A DNA stretch of 64,000 bases, from positions 64,001 through 128,000 of the forward strand of contig JAGSHN010000005.1 of the NCBI GenBank assembly GCA_029855935.1. Direction: 5' to 3'. Below the pieces are notes generated by a model. It did no database searches. It had not been told where the DNA came from and was given only the letters and a program-made list of their open reading frames with translations. The position numbers and the translations under genes were made by a program. Position 1 is the stretch's first letter. Each line of letters begins with the position of its first letter. Source of the DNA: Candidatus Thorarchaeota archaeon. GTDB taxonomy: Archaea > Asgardarchaeota > Thorarchaeia > Thorarchaeales > Thorarchaeaceae. Shown here one piece after another: positions 10,001 to 18,270 of the stretch.

Positions 10001-10967
10001 ACACGGGGCGAAGACCCAATGATCTCGCAGTCTCGACACCTGCTTCACTGGCGTAGGCTATGCCATTGACACCAGCCCGGACCGCGTACTCATCAGTGGC
10101 CCTCTTGTGGACACCAAGAGGACGAGCACATCCTAAGAGGACCGGGATAGAGGGGAAGCCCAGCCGAGCGGCCAGTATGACGCGTCCCACGCTCTCCGGC
10201 GGCGGAGGTGACAGTCCCTCCATGGGAGTATGACGCAGAGGACTCAGAACAATTATGACAACTGCCGCGGGAGAGAACTCTCCGACCAAGCTCAGGGCCT
10301 CAATCTCCCCACGGAGCCGCCCAAAATAGAGACCAACCATGATGTGTGGAACGACGCGAACGTCAGAGCTTCTTAGAAGCGTCAACGACTCACGGACTAT
10401 CGCTGCGCCATTCTCAAGATGATAGACCTCTCTTGCGACAACATCGTCGGCGATAACATCCATCATCGCAGCATCAACGCCAACGTCGGCGAGCATCTCG
10501 GCGGTCGGCGCATCGACGAGCCCGGTATGTACAACGACTGTCAAATCGAGGTCTTCCTTGACAGTACGAATGGCATCTCTGTATCGGAGGAGTGGGACGT
10601 GACCCTGAAGATCCGATCCGCCACTGATGAGTAGGCCCACTCCGCCGTGTTCGCTGACCTCACGAGCCCGTTGAACGAGCTGCTCTGGACTCAGTGCGGG
10701 CTCCATCCCCTTCAGCAGCTGTCCCTTGCAATGCTCGCACTGAAGCGCACACGCTTGGCCGGTTACGCTGAGAGAGATGAAGTTGTGTCGGTTCGATTGG
10801 GAATGGGATGGAATGGAATGCGGATAGGATGTGGGTCCATAACAGAACAGCTCGCGACCAAATCGGTTAGTCCGCAGACGAAGGCCCTCTCTCAGACGGG
10901 CCTCAAACTCGGCAGACGGCACAGCAAGGAGGCTGCGCCCATCACTGAGCAGGTCGAAATCTACCAT
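9945..10967 (-). CDS. Radical SAM protein, archaeal lipoyl synthase LipS1-like
   Basis: CALQCEHC (CxxxCxxC), GCARP and C-terminal CCS motifs typical of LipS1; start MVDFDL at 10967. Confidence 0.78.
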   Translation of the reverse strand: MVDFDLLSDGRSLLAVPSAEFEARLREGLRLRTNRFGRELFCYGPTSYPHSIPSHSQSNRHNFISLSVTGQACALQCEHCKGQLLKGMEPALSPEQLVQRAREVSEHGGVGLLISGGSDLQGHVPLLRYRDAIRTVKEDLDLTVVVHTGLVDAPTAEMLADVGVDAAMMDVIADDVVAREVYHLENGAAIVRESLTLLRSSDVRVVPHIMVGLYFGRLRGEIEALSLVGEFSPAAVVIIVLSPLRHTPMEGLSPPPPESVGRVILAARLGFPSIPVLLGCARPLGVHKRATDEYAVRAGVNGIAYASEAGVETARSLGLRPVFIDVCCSLAFEHVVTSGS

Positions 10968-11094
10968 TTCACAGTGGCACAGCCATGGCGGTGTTATAGA
11001 GTTGTCGTATCTTGCCAGATGAGAAGCTACAAGTACTAGATGGGGGAGGGCCGTGTTGAGGTCTAAGCAGACTATCGAGGTCTTCGCGAGGCGG

Positions 11095-12543
11095 ATGGCG
11101 GTGAGCCAGAACACGAATGATGAGATTGACATCTTCTTCAGTGCCAAGAGTGTTGCAATATACGGAGCGTCGGCCACTCCGAACAGTGTCGGACAGGCTA
11201 TCGTACAGAACTTCATCAAGCCACAGTTCACGGGTAGGGTCTATGCTGTTAACCCGAAATACTCTCAAGTACTGGGAATACCATGTTATCCTTCTCTTCA
11301 GGATATTCCCGATGAGATTGATATGGTCGTGGTTGCCGTCCCAGCAAGAATCACGCCACGCGTCTTTGAGGACATTGCGGCAAAGGGTGTGAAGGCGGCA
11401 ATTGTCATATCGGGTGGATTCTCGGAAACCGGTCCCCGTGGTGCGGAACTTGAGGACCAGATAGTCAAGATTGCACGTGAGAACGGAATTCGTGTCATCG
11501 GACCCAACTGTGTTGGCGTCATCGACACAACGACCCACATTGACACCTTTTTCCTCCCTGAGTACAGATGTAGTAGGCCTCGAGCCAGCAATGTCGCTAA
11601 TATCTCGCTGGTCTCGCAGTCAGGAGCGTTTGCTGCGGCGATCGCCGACTGGACCGCCGAACTTGGAATTGGAATGTCCAAGATAATCAGCCTCGGTAAC
11701 AAGTGTGATGTGGATGATGACGACCTGCTCAGATATCTCGCCGCGGACGACTCCACACAGGTGATATGCTTCTACACGGAGGGCTATGACCCGGGGAAGG
11801 GTCGATCATTCTTCGACACAGCAAAGGAGGTGACACCGCACAAGCCAGTCATAGTCGTCAAGTCAGGCAGAGGAAAGAGGGCAAAGGAGGCGGCCAGCTC
11901 GCACACGGGATCACTTGCAGGCTCTGATCAGGTCGCGGGTGCAGCCTACAAACAGGCGGGCGTCATAAGGGCGGACAACTTCGAGCACATGTTCGATATG
12001 GCCAGGGCACTTGCAATGCAGCCACCAGCACGAGGTGATAGGGTTCTGATGGTAACGAACGGAGGGGGCCTAGGAGTGATGACCACAGATGCTCTTGAAG
12101 CGGAGGGACTCGCTATTCCGCACCCATCGCCCGAGCTTACCGAGAGGCTGCAGGAGAGGCTGCCGAGCTACTGTGCAATAGGCAATCCGATAGACGTTGT
12201 TGGTGACTCCGACTCATCAAGATACGACATAGTCTTCGAGGAGGCCCTCAAGAGCGGTGAATACGACATAGTTGTGGTCGGAATGCTTCTTCAGACCCCT
12301 ACCCTGGGGATGGACATAACCAATGTCATCGCGAACCATCAGCGTCAGTCAGGAGTCCCCTTCGTGGCAGTCGCAATGGGAGGCGCATTCACGAGTAAGG
12401 CAGGAGAGATTATGGAACTGATGGGGGTCCCAACATACGCAACTGGCGAGAAGGCTGCAGTGGCTGCAAAGGCGTTGGCTACGTATGGTGAGATCAAGTA
12501 TCGAGACAAGTTCAGGAGGACGTTGTTTCCTGATAACCCATAA
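11095..12543 (+). CDS. acdA: Acyl-CoA synthetase (ADP-forming) alpha subunit
   Basis: VAIYGAS CoA-binding fold, GPNCVG, SQSGA, phospho-His motif ASSHTGSLAG, NPIDV. Confidence 0.95.
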   Translation: MAVSQNTNDEIDIFFSAKSVAIYGASATPNSVGQAIVQNFIKPQFTGRVYAVNPKYSQVLGIPCYPSLQDIPDEIDMVVVAVPARITPRVFEDIAAKGVKAAIVISGGFSETGPRGAELEDQIVKIARENGIRVIGPNCVGVIDTTTHIDTFFLPEYRCSRPRASNVANISLVSQSGAFAAAIADWTAELGIGMSKIISLGNKCDVDDDDLLRYLAADDSTQVICFYTEGYDPGKGRSFFDTAKEVTPHKPVIVVKSGRGKRAKEAASSHTGSLAGSDQVAGAAYKQAGVIRADNFEHMFDMARALAMQPPARGDRVLMVTNGGGLGVMTTDALEAEGLAIPHPSPELTERLQERLPSYCAIGNPIDVVGDSDSSRYDIVFEEALKSGEYDIVVVGMLLQTPTLGMDITNVIANHQRQSGVPFVAVAMGGAFTSKAGEIMELMGVPTYATGEKAAVAAKALATYGEIKYRDKFRRTLFPDNP

Positions 12544-12589
12544 ATAGGACTTGAATTCAGACGGTAAGTGAAAGAGAGGTCTGCGAGCA

Positions 12590-13309
12590 ATGAAGATTGC
12601 CAAGAAGATATTCGAAACCGCACGAAGCGAGAACAGGAGTTTTGTCTTGGAGAATGAGGCCAAGGAGATAATGAGGGCCTACGGCATTCCGGTGCCCCCA
12701 TTTGACACAGCAACCACTGCAGATGAGGCCGTTGAGAAGTCCAAAGAGATTGGATTTCCAGTCGTGTTGAAAATACTGTCGAAAGACATTCTTCACAAGT
12801 CGGATGCAGGAGGGGTCAAGGTAAATCTACGGACAGAGGATGAGGTCAGAGAAGCGTTTCAAACAATAATGGAGAATGCGAGGAAGTATGGCGAGGAGCA
12901 CGGTATTGATGTCGATCTGAGTAGAGGCGTGTTCGTTTCCAAGTTCGCAGACGAGGGCACTGAGGTCATCATCGGTGTCACACGCGACCCTCAGTTTGGT
13001 CACGCAATCATGTTTGGCCTTGGCGGCATATTTGTAGAAGTTCTCAAGGATGTGACCTTTAGGCTCATTCCTCTGACTGAGAGTGATGCCAGAGAGATGA
13101 TTAGAGAGATAAAGGCCGCAAAGATACTCGACGGGATAAGGGGACAGCCTCCACGAGACACCGACGCCCTTGTCAAGGTGATTCTTGCCGTGTCAAAAAT
13201 GGTAGAGGAGAACCCAGAGATTCGGGAGCTGGACTGCAATCCCACTTTCGTCTATGAGAAGGGCAATGGAGCGCTTGTGGTCGATGCACGAATCCTAATT
13301 GATGTGTAG
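12590..13309 (+). CDS. acdB: Acyl-CoA synthetase (ADP-forming) beta subunit, ATP-grasp
   Basis: GFPVVLKI, HKSDAGGV, DPQFG, FGLGGIFVE, ELDCNP. Confidence 0.95.
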   Translation: MKIAKKIFETARSENRSFVLENEAKEIMRAYGIPVPPFDTATTADEAVEKSKEIGFPVVLKILSKDILHKSDAGGVKVNLRTEDEVREAFQTIMENARKYGEEHGIDVDLSRGVFVSKFADEGTEVIIGVTRDPQFGHAIMFGLGGIFVEVLKDVTFRLIPLTESDAREMIREIKAAKILDGIRGQPPRDTDALVKVILAVSKMVEENPEIRELDCNPTFVYEKGNGALVVDARILIDV

Positions 13310-14506
13310 TCCTCCAGCCTGTGCGTTGTACTGACGGAACATGTTTCCCAAGAGAACAAGGGCTCGCTTGATGTCCGTATCCCCGATACGACCAGCATCG
13401 GTAGTGCCAATCGCGAGAAAGAGGATCAGTGACACGAGACGTGGAACTAGCCGGGGATTATGGAGGAGGAACTCCCGCCCTTGCGACTCTGCAACCAGGC
13501 TCTCAATCCGCTGACCGAGTAGGTCTAGGCGCTCAACCGTCGAGGATTCCCGAGGCAGACGAACAAGACACTGTTCCACAAGACGGTCGTCACCGAACAT
13601 CTCCGTCTTGATACCGGCAGACTCCAGAACCGACATTGCCTCGGCCATCATAGACTCATATTCATCGGCCTCCACACGATCAATACCAGCCATTGCTGAC
13701 CGCAGTTGGACAAGAAGTCGGAACGAGTTTGTCAGGACCATTCGGATGGACCGTAGAGAGCGGCCTCTCACCGTGGGGGTCTTTGTGGATTCGAGAACAG
13801 CTGCACGGGACGACTCCAGCTTTCGTTCAAACCCCGGGGAGAGTGTCACAGATGCAATCCTAGGCAAGACTGGACTACGGCAGACTTGTCGTAGCGCACC
13901 GAGCGAGAGAAAGTCATCGGTAGGCGTGTAGAACAGCAGTATTCTCATTGTGTCGTATGCGATCTCAAAGTCGGCCTCCTCCGTCACTGAGCGGCCATGC
14001 CCGTGACACGAGAACGCACTGAGCAGGGCCCACGAGGAGAGAATCTCATCACGCAGTCTCTCACAGTTGCCCCGCTCACAGATATCATGTTCAGACAGGA
14101 ACGAGTGAATTCGTTCGGCGGCACTGTCTATTCTAGAGAGGGTTGGACCCGAGAAACGGACGGTCGAAGCCTCCCTGATGGACTCGCGGGGGTCGTACGA
14201 GGGCGGACGAATGATGAATCCGGGCTGCTCACGCGTCATCATCCACCATCGTGAGGTTGAGGAGAAGTAGTCAAGCGTGTCTACACTGGCCGTGAGTGAT
14301 GTGGAATCGGCATTGGACTGTGAACGAAGATAGGAAACAAGCCGGCAGATTAGCATCATGAACCTTGAGAGATGTGACGACATCTTGTCGCCAGCAAACT
14401 GAATGTCGGAGAACTTGTCTGTTATGAGGCTCATTCTAGAGGTGACATGGTCATCGATGAGTATGGAGATGATACCCCGGTATACCTCTAGAGGTGTCCT
14501 TGCCAA
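13295..14506 (-). CDS. Hypothetical protein with apparent tandem helical repeats resembling AAA+ lids
   Basis: 403-aa ORF filling the gap between acdB and uppS; repeated helical motif; no P-loop. Confidence 0.65.
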   Translation of the reverse strand: MARTPLEVYRGIISILIDDHVTSRMSLITDKFSDIQFAGDKMSSHLSRFMMLICRLVSYLRSQSNADSTSLTASVDTLDYFSSTSRWWMMTREQPGFIIRPPSYDPRESIREASTVRFSGPTLSRIDSAAERIHSFLSEHDICERGNCERLRDEILSSWALLSAFSCHGHGRSVTEEADFEIAYDTMRILLFYTPTDDFLSLGALRQVCRSPVLPRIASVTLSPGFERKLESSRAAVLESTKTPTVRGRSLRSIRMVLTNSFRLLVQLRSAMAGIDRVEADEYESMMAEAMSVLESAGIKTEMFGDDRLVEQCLVRLPRESSTVERLDLLGQRIESLVAESQGREFLLHNPRLVPRLVSLILFLAIGTTDAGRIGDTDIKRALVLLGNMFRQYNAQAGGLHIN

Positions 14507-14600
14507 ACCTCATCGTCTCCTCCGACTGGAGCGGCGCGCCTGTTCTGTGGGAGTTGTCCGACAGAAACCACATATAAAACACAGTGTCACTCGCCATATT

Positions 14601-15368
14601 CTACTGACCAAAGCGGCGAGAACGACGCTCGTATGATCTCAGGGCACGCCATATGTCAATTCGCCGAACAGCAGGCCAGTATATCTGAGCAAAGTACAGC
14701 TCGGAGTAGGCCGACTGCCACAGAAGGAACCCGGAGAGACGCTCCTCGCCGGATGTCCGAATTATCAAATCGGGATCGGGGAGACCGTGAGTGTAGAGAT
14801 GCTGCTCGATGACGGACTCGTCAATCCTTGAGGGATCCAGCTCACCTCTCTGTGCCTTCTCAGCAATTGCACGGACCGCATCCACGAGCTCCGCTCGTCC
14901 CGAGTACCCAATCGCGATGTTGAGAATATGGTCCGAGTAGTGGGCGGTCGCCTCTTCGGCCATCCGGATGGCCTCACGCACATCCTCAGGAAGGAGGTCG
15001 ACACGACCAATTGCATTAATCCTGACGCGATGTCTATGGACATCCGGGTTGCTGACGACCTCGTTGAACTTCTCCTTAGCAATCTCCATTATCTCACGGA
15101 CTTCCTGTTCGTTGCGGCGAAAATTCTCCATTGAAAACGTGTACAGCGTGCAGACCTTTACTCCCGCCTCCCATAGTATCCGCAATACCTCCATGACCTT
15201 CTGAGCACCCAGTCTGTGACCATACCACGGCGCGTCCAAGCCATGCTCTCTAGCGTACCGTCGGTTGCCATCCAGGATAATTCCGACATGCCGAGGGGCT
15301 CTGTCCTTGTTCAGCTGTCGATAGAGCACGTACTCGTAGAGGCGATACATAGGCCCAGTGAGATTCAA
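14601..15368 (-). CDS. uppS: cis-Prenyltransferase (polyprenyl diphosphate synthase)
   Basis: HVGIILDGNRR, FSMENFRR, DLIIRTSGEERLSGFLLWQ, RRFG. Confidence 0.96.
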   Translation of the reverse strand: MNLTGPMYRLYEYVLYRQLNKDRAPRHVGIILDGNRRYAREHGLDAPWYGHRLGAQKVMEVLRILWEAGVKVCTLYTFSMENFRRNEQEVREIMEIAKEKFNEVVSNPDVHRHRVRINAIGRVDLLPEDVREAIRMAEEATAHYSDHILNIAIGYSGRAELVDAVRAIAEKAQRGELDPSRIDESVIEQHLYTHGLPDPDLIIRTSGEERLSGFLLWQSAYSELYFAQIYWPAVRRIDIWRALRSYERRSRRFGQ

Positions 15369-15446
15369 TTGTGTGGCACACCCCTTGCAAGGGGTCCCTC
15401 TCTAGACAACCCCCTATTAGGATTGTGAATCATGAATAGAGGGGGA

Positions 15447-15818
15447 CTATATCATCGTGGCAATCTTGCTTGCAGCCTGCTTCACGTCAATATGGACAAG
15501 CCCAATCTTGACGTTAGCAGTTGTGGAAACAGTCAGACACGCATTCAGACCAGCCTGTACGACAAGCACCCAGCCATCGGAACCCTTGACACTGACCTGC
15601 TCGAGCTCGCCCTTGCCCAGCTCGATAGCCGCCTTCTCGCCGAGCGTCAGCATAGCTGCTGTTATCGCCGCGAGCTTTGCCTCATCTACATCTGCGGGCA
15701 ACGCAGAAACGATTGGAAGCCCCTCGACGCTCACTATGGCACAGGCCTCAATCTCAGGGATATCCCCCTGAAGCTCATTGAGAATGCTTTCAAGAGTTTC
15801 GCCTCTAGACTCGCTCAT
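15447..15818 (-). CDS. Roadblock/LC7 (MglB-like) protein
   Basis: AIVSVEGLPIVS, LAAITAAML, LGKGELEQV; GGTGAG RBS before ATG 15818. Confidence 0.92.
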   Translation of the reverse strand: MSESRGETLESILNELQGDIPEIEACAIVSVEGLPIVSALPADVDEAKLAAITAAMLTLGEKAAIELGKGELEQVSVKGSDGWVLVVQAGLNACLTVSTTANVKIGLVHIDVKQAASKIATMI

Positions 15819-15834
15819 TCTGCTCACCTGGGTG

Positions 15835-16398
15835 CTACTTGTACAGTCTTTTGAGGATTACTTCACGCGATATGGCTTGAAACGCCCTCTTAACTCCTAC
15901 GCCCTGAATGGCAATGGTTTCGTAGATCGGGACGTTGCCGCCCAATCCGAGTAGGTCGAGCATCTCTTCACGCGACATCCTGTTGGGTAGGTCACGCTTG
16001 TTGAGCATGACCACTATCGGAATTTCTCTGCCAAGAGCGTCCCCGAGAAACATCTTAAGCTCTTCGAAACTCTCCACGTTTTCCTCTCGCTGGTCTGGGG
16101 AGGAGTCGGCCACAAAGATGATGCCATCAGCACCTTGGAGGACGACCTTTCGTTGATGCCGGTGCCGTTTCTGACCAGCGACCGTGAACACGTCAAATAG
16201 AACACGTCCACCTGCGCTCATCGGTGCGTAGTCGAAGAAGAGGGTGCGATTGGTTTCGTCCTCGATCGACGTGAACTCGCCCTTCTGCAATCCCTCGACC
16301 TTTGCATAGAGCCATCGCAGTGCAGTTGTCTTCCCGCCCAGACTGGGCCCGTAGAAAACAATCTTGAAATGAATACGGCCCTTATCGTCTTTCCTCAC
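15835..16398 (-). CDS. MglA-type small GTPase
   Basis: G1 GPSLGGKTT, switch RTLFFD, MglA-type G3 TVAGQ, G4 NKRD, GADGIIFVADS. Confidence 0.93.
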   Translation of the reverse strand: MRKDDKGRIHFKIVFYGPSLGGKTTALRWLYAKVEGLQKGEFTSIEDETNRTLFFDYAPMSAGGRVLFDVFTVAGQKRHRHQRKVVLQGADGIIFVADSSPDQREENVESFEELKMFLGDALGREIPIVVMLNKRDLPNRMSREEMLDLLGLGGNVPIYETIAIQGVGVKRAFQAISREVILKRLYK

Positions 16399-16634
16399 AC
16401 AAACACCTCACTGATCTCTGCGCTCCGTTGATGGCAGTCACACCAGTCAGTAGATTGAACAATACCATCTTGTGGCCTCACTGTGGACAAGCGTAAGTCA
16501 GTTGGGAACGACGGCGGATGCCACCATGAACGGGATGGCCTCCGCAGGCGGGGAGTGTAAGAAATGTAGTCTCATAAAAGCCTTTGTCCGTCGTCTGGCC
16601 CGACTTGACTGAAACTGTGCTGTGCCGCGGACAA

Positions 16635-17105
16635 TCACACTCTCTCAAGCTCTGCAAGCGCGGACTTTAGATCTTCCTCGTCGAGCTCTCGGTCCTTTGA
16701 GGGTGCTCCGGGCTCCACAGCCAAGAACTTGTCGAGCTCCTCGGCCAGCTGCTCACCTTGCTTCTTCATCACCATTCGTATGAGGCCGATATTGACCTCC
16801 TTGGCCTCGGAAACCACGCATAGCACGCCCTTGCCGCATGCGGATGCAAAGATCTTGCCCTCTGAGAACTCCGAGGTGACAATCTCAAGCTCTCCAAGCT
16901 GCAAGTTCTTCCCCTGTTCCTCGCTTGCACAGAACACGGCACTGGCTATGGCCCCAATGCTATCAACATCAACTGCAAAGTAAGCCAACCGAGATACGTG
17001 GGCAATGGTCAGGCCAGTCTTGTCAACCAGGATCACCCTTCGAATACCGCGGTCCTGCCTGATGATGTCCGTGAGAATCTTGTCGAACCTCTTAGGATCG
17101 CTCAT
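16635..17105 (-). CDS. Roadblock/LC7 protein with acidic C-terminal tail
   Basis: VILVDKTGLTIA, IGAIASAVF, NIGLIR; tail ending LKSALAELERV. Confidence 0.9.
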   Translation of the reverse strand: MSDPKRFDKILTDIIRQDRGIRRVILVDKTGLTIAHVSRLAYFAVDVDSIGAIASAVFCASEEQGKNLQLGELEIVTSEFSEGKIFASACGKGVLCVVSEAKEVNIGLIRMVMKKQGEQLAEELDKFLAVEPGAPSKDRELDEEDLKSALAELERV

Positions 17106-17118
17106 GCGTCATACCCCT

Positions 17119-17418
17119 TCAATTTGTGCTCTTCAGAACGACTAGTATCAGACCCTCCTTGACGTCGGGTGCAATGTTGATTTGACCCTTGCTCGTGTCA
17201 AGCGTTAGGAATGATAGAGAGCCCTCTCTCAGTTCCCGAACCGCCTCTAGCGCCTTTCCGACAAGAGAGGTCACAATTGCAGCAACAATCTCTGTGGTCT
17301 CGGGGTCGAGGTCGCTGCTGAGAGGAAGCCCCTCCATATTGGTGACGACAATTCCTCTGACACCCTCTTGGGCCTTCAGTCTTGAAAGAATTGTCTCGAG
17401 CTTCTCTTGGCTGACCAA
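17119..17418 (-). CDS. Roadblock/LC7 protein, DYNLRB-like size
   Basis: ETILSRLKAQEGVRGIVVTNMEGLPL and INIAPD...ILVVL resemble dynein light chain roadblock. Confidence 0.9.
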   Translation of the reverse strand: MVSQEKLETILSRLKAQEGVRGIVVTNMEGLPLSSDLDPETTEIVAAIVTSLVGKALEAVRELREGSLSFLTLDTSKGQINIAPDVKEGLILVVLKSTN

Positions 17419-17700
17419 CCGTCGATCCCCACTATGATTTGTTGTATTTCAGCAGTCTGTACCTCACGCAGGGGTATTTTAGACTTGTGGCAATGTGTAC
17501 TTGACGGAGGCCACATTTTGCGCATTTTGACATATTCCAAATGTACTGCCTGATTCCGTCATCGAATACTCAACAATACGCGTACATCGCGATAAGGGAC
17601 GGTAGAGGTGAGGCGTTATTAAATGGTAGAAGATATAAACAGGACGTGAGAACAATTCAAGCAAGCCAGTCCACGCGATGTGGCCCGGAGGACCGTCACA

Positions 17701-18069
17701 ATGGTTGACAAAGCGAAGGTCGAGAGCATTGTAGCAGACGTGATGGCGGCCAACGCGGACATCCAAGGAATAGTTGTGTGCAACGCGAAGGGCGAGGTGA
17801 TCTTTGGTCACACCATCACTGAGGACATCAAGCATGCCGATGTAGCCAAATTGGCCGTCAAGATAGCAGGGGACTCTGCGGAGCTTGTCGCGGGCCTCGA
17901 TCAGGGGGGATTGAAGGAGGTCACGATTGCCTCTGAGAAGGGGCTGGTTGTCATCCTAGGGGACGCGGAGATAATCCTTGCAGGTATCGCCGGAGAAACT
18001 GCACGTGAGGCGATGGGTCTCATACGGATTGCACTGCGAAGAGCACTCCTCAATATGGTTGCAAAGTAA
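17701..18069 (+). CDS. Roadblock/LC7-like protein
   Basis: IQGIVVCNAKGEVI, LDQGGLKEVTI, MGLIR; GGAGG RBS before ATG 17701. Confidence 0.82.
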   Translation: MVDKAKVESIVADVMAANADIQGIVVCNAKGEVIFGHTITEDIKHADVAKLAVKIAGDSAELVAGLDQGGLKEVTIASEKGLVVILGDAEIILAGIAGETAREAMGLIRIALRRALLNMVAK

Positions 18070-18270
18070 CCTTTCAGCAGCGGCTGCTCTATGGAAACGG
18101 CGTTGTTGCTTGCAAGAGTGAGGCGCAGTCGTTTGGCGCCATATCAGATATGCTAATATTGTCTTGATAATACGATGGTATTACCAAGTGTATTTAGTGG
18201 CACGTATCTTCCAGATATATCGGTGCCACGAGAGAACAGGGTGCCTCAACCGACCGGACGGGATTGTGAC

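Noticed and set aside
18197-18229. Inverted repeat GTGGCAC...GTGCCAC upstream of smc as a loading site
   Set aside because: Single short occurrence; a chance match or simple leader hairpin cannot be excluded
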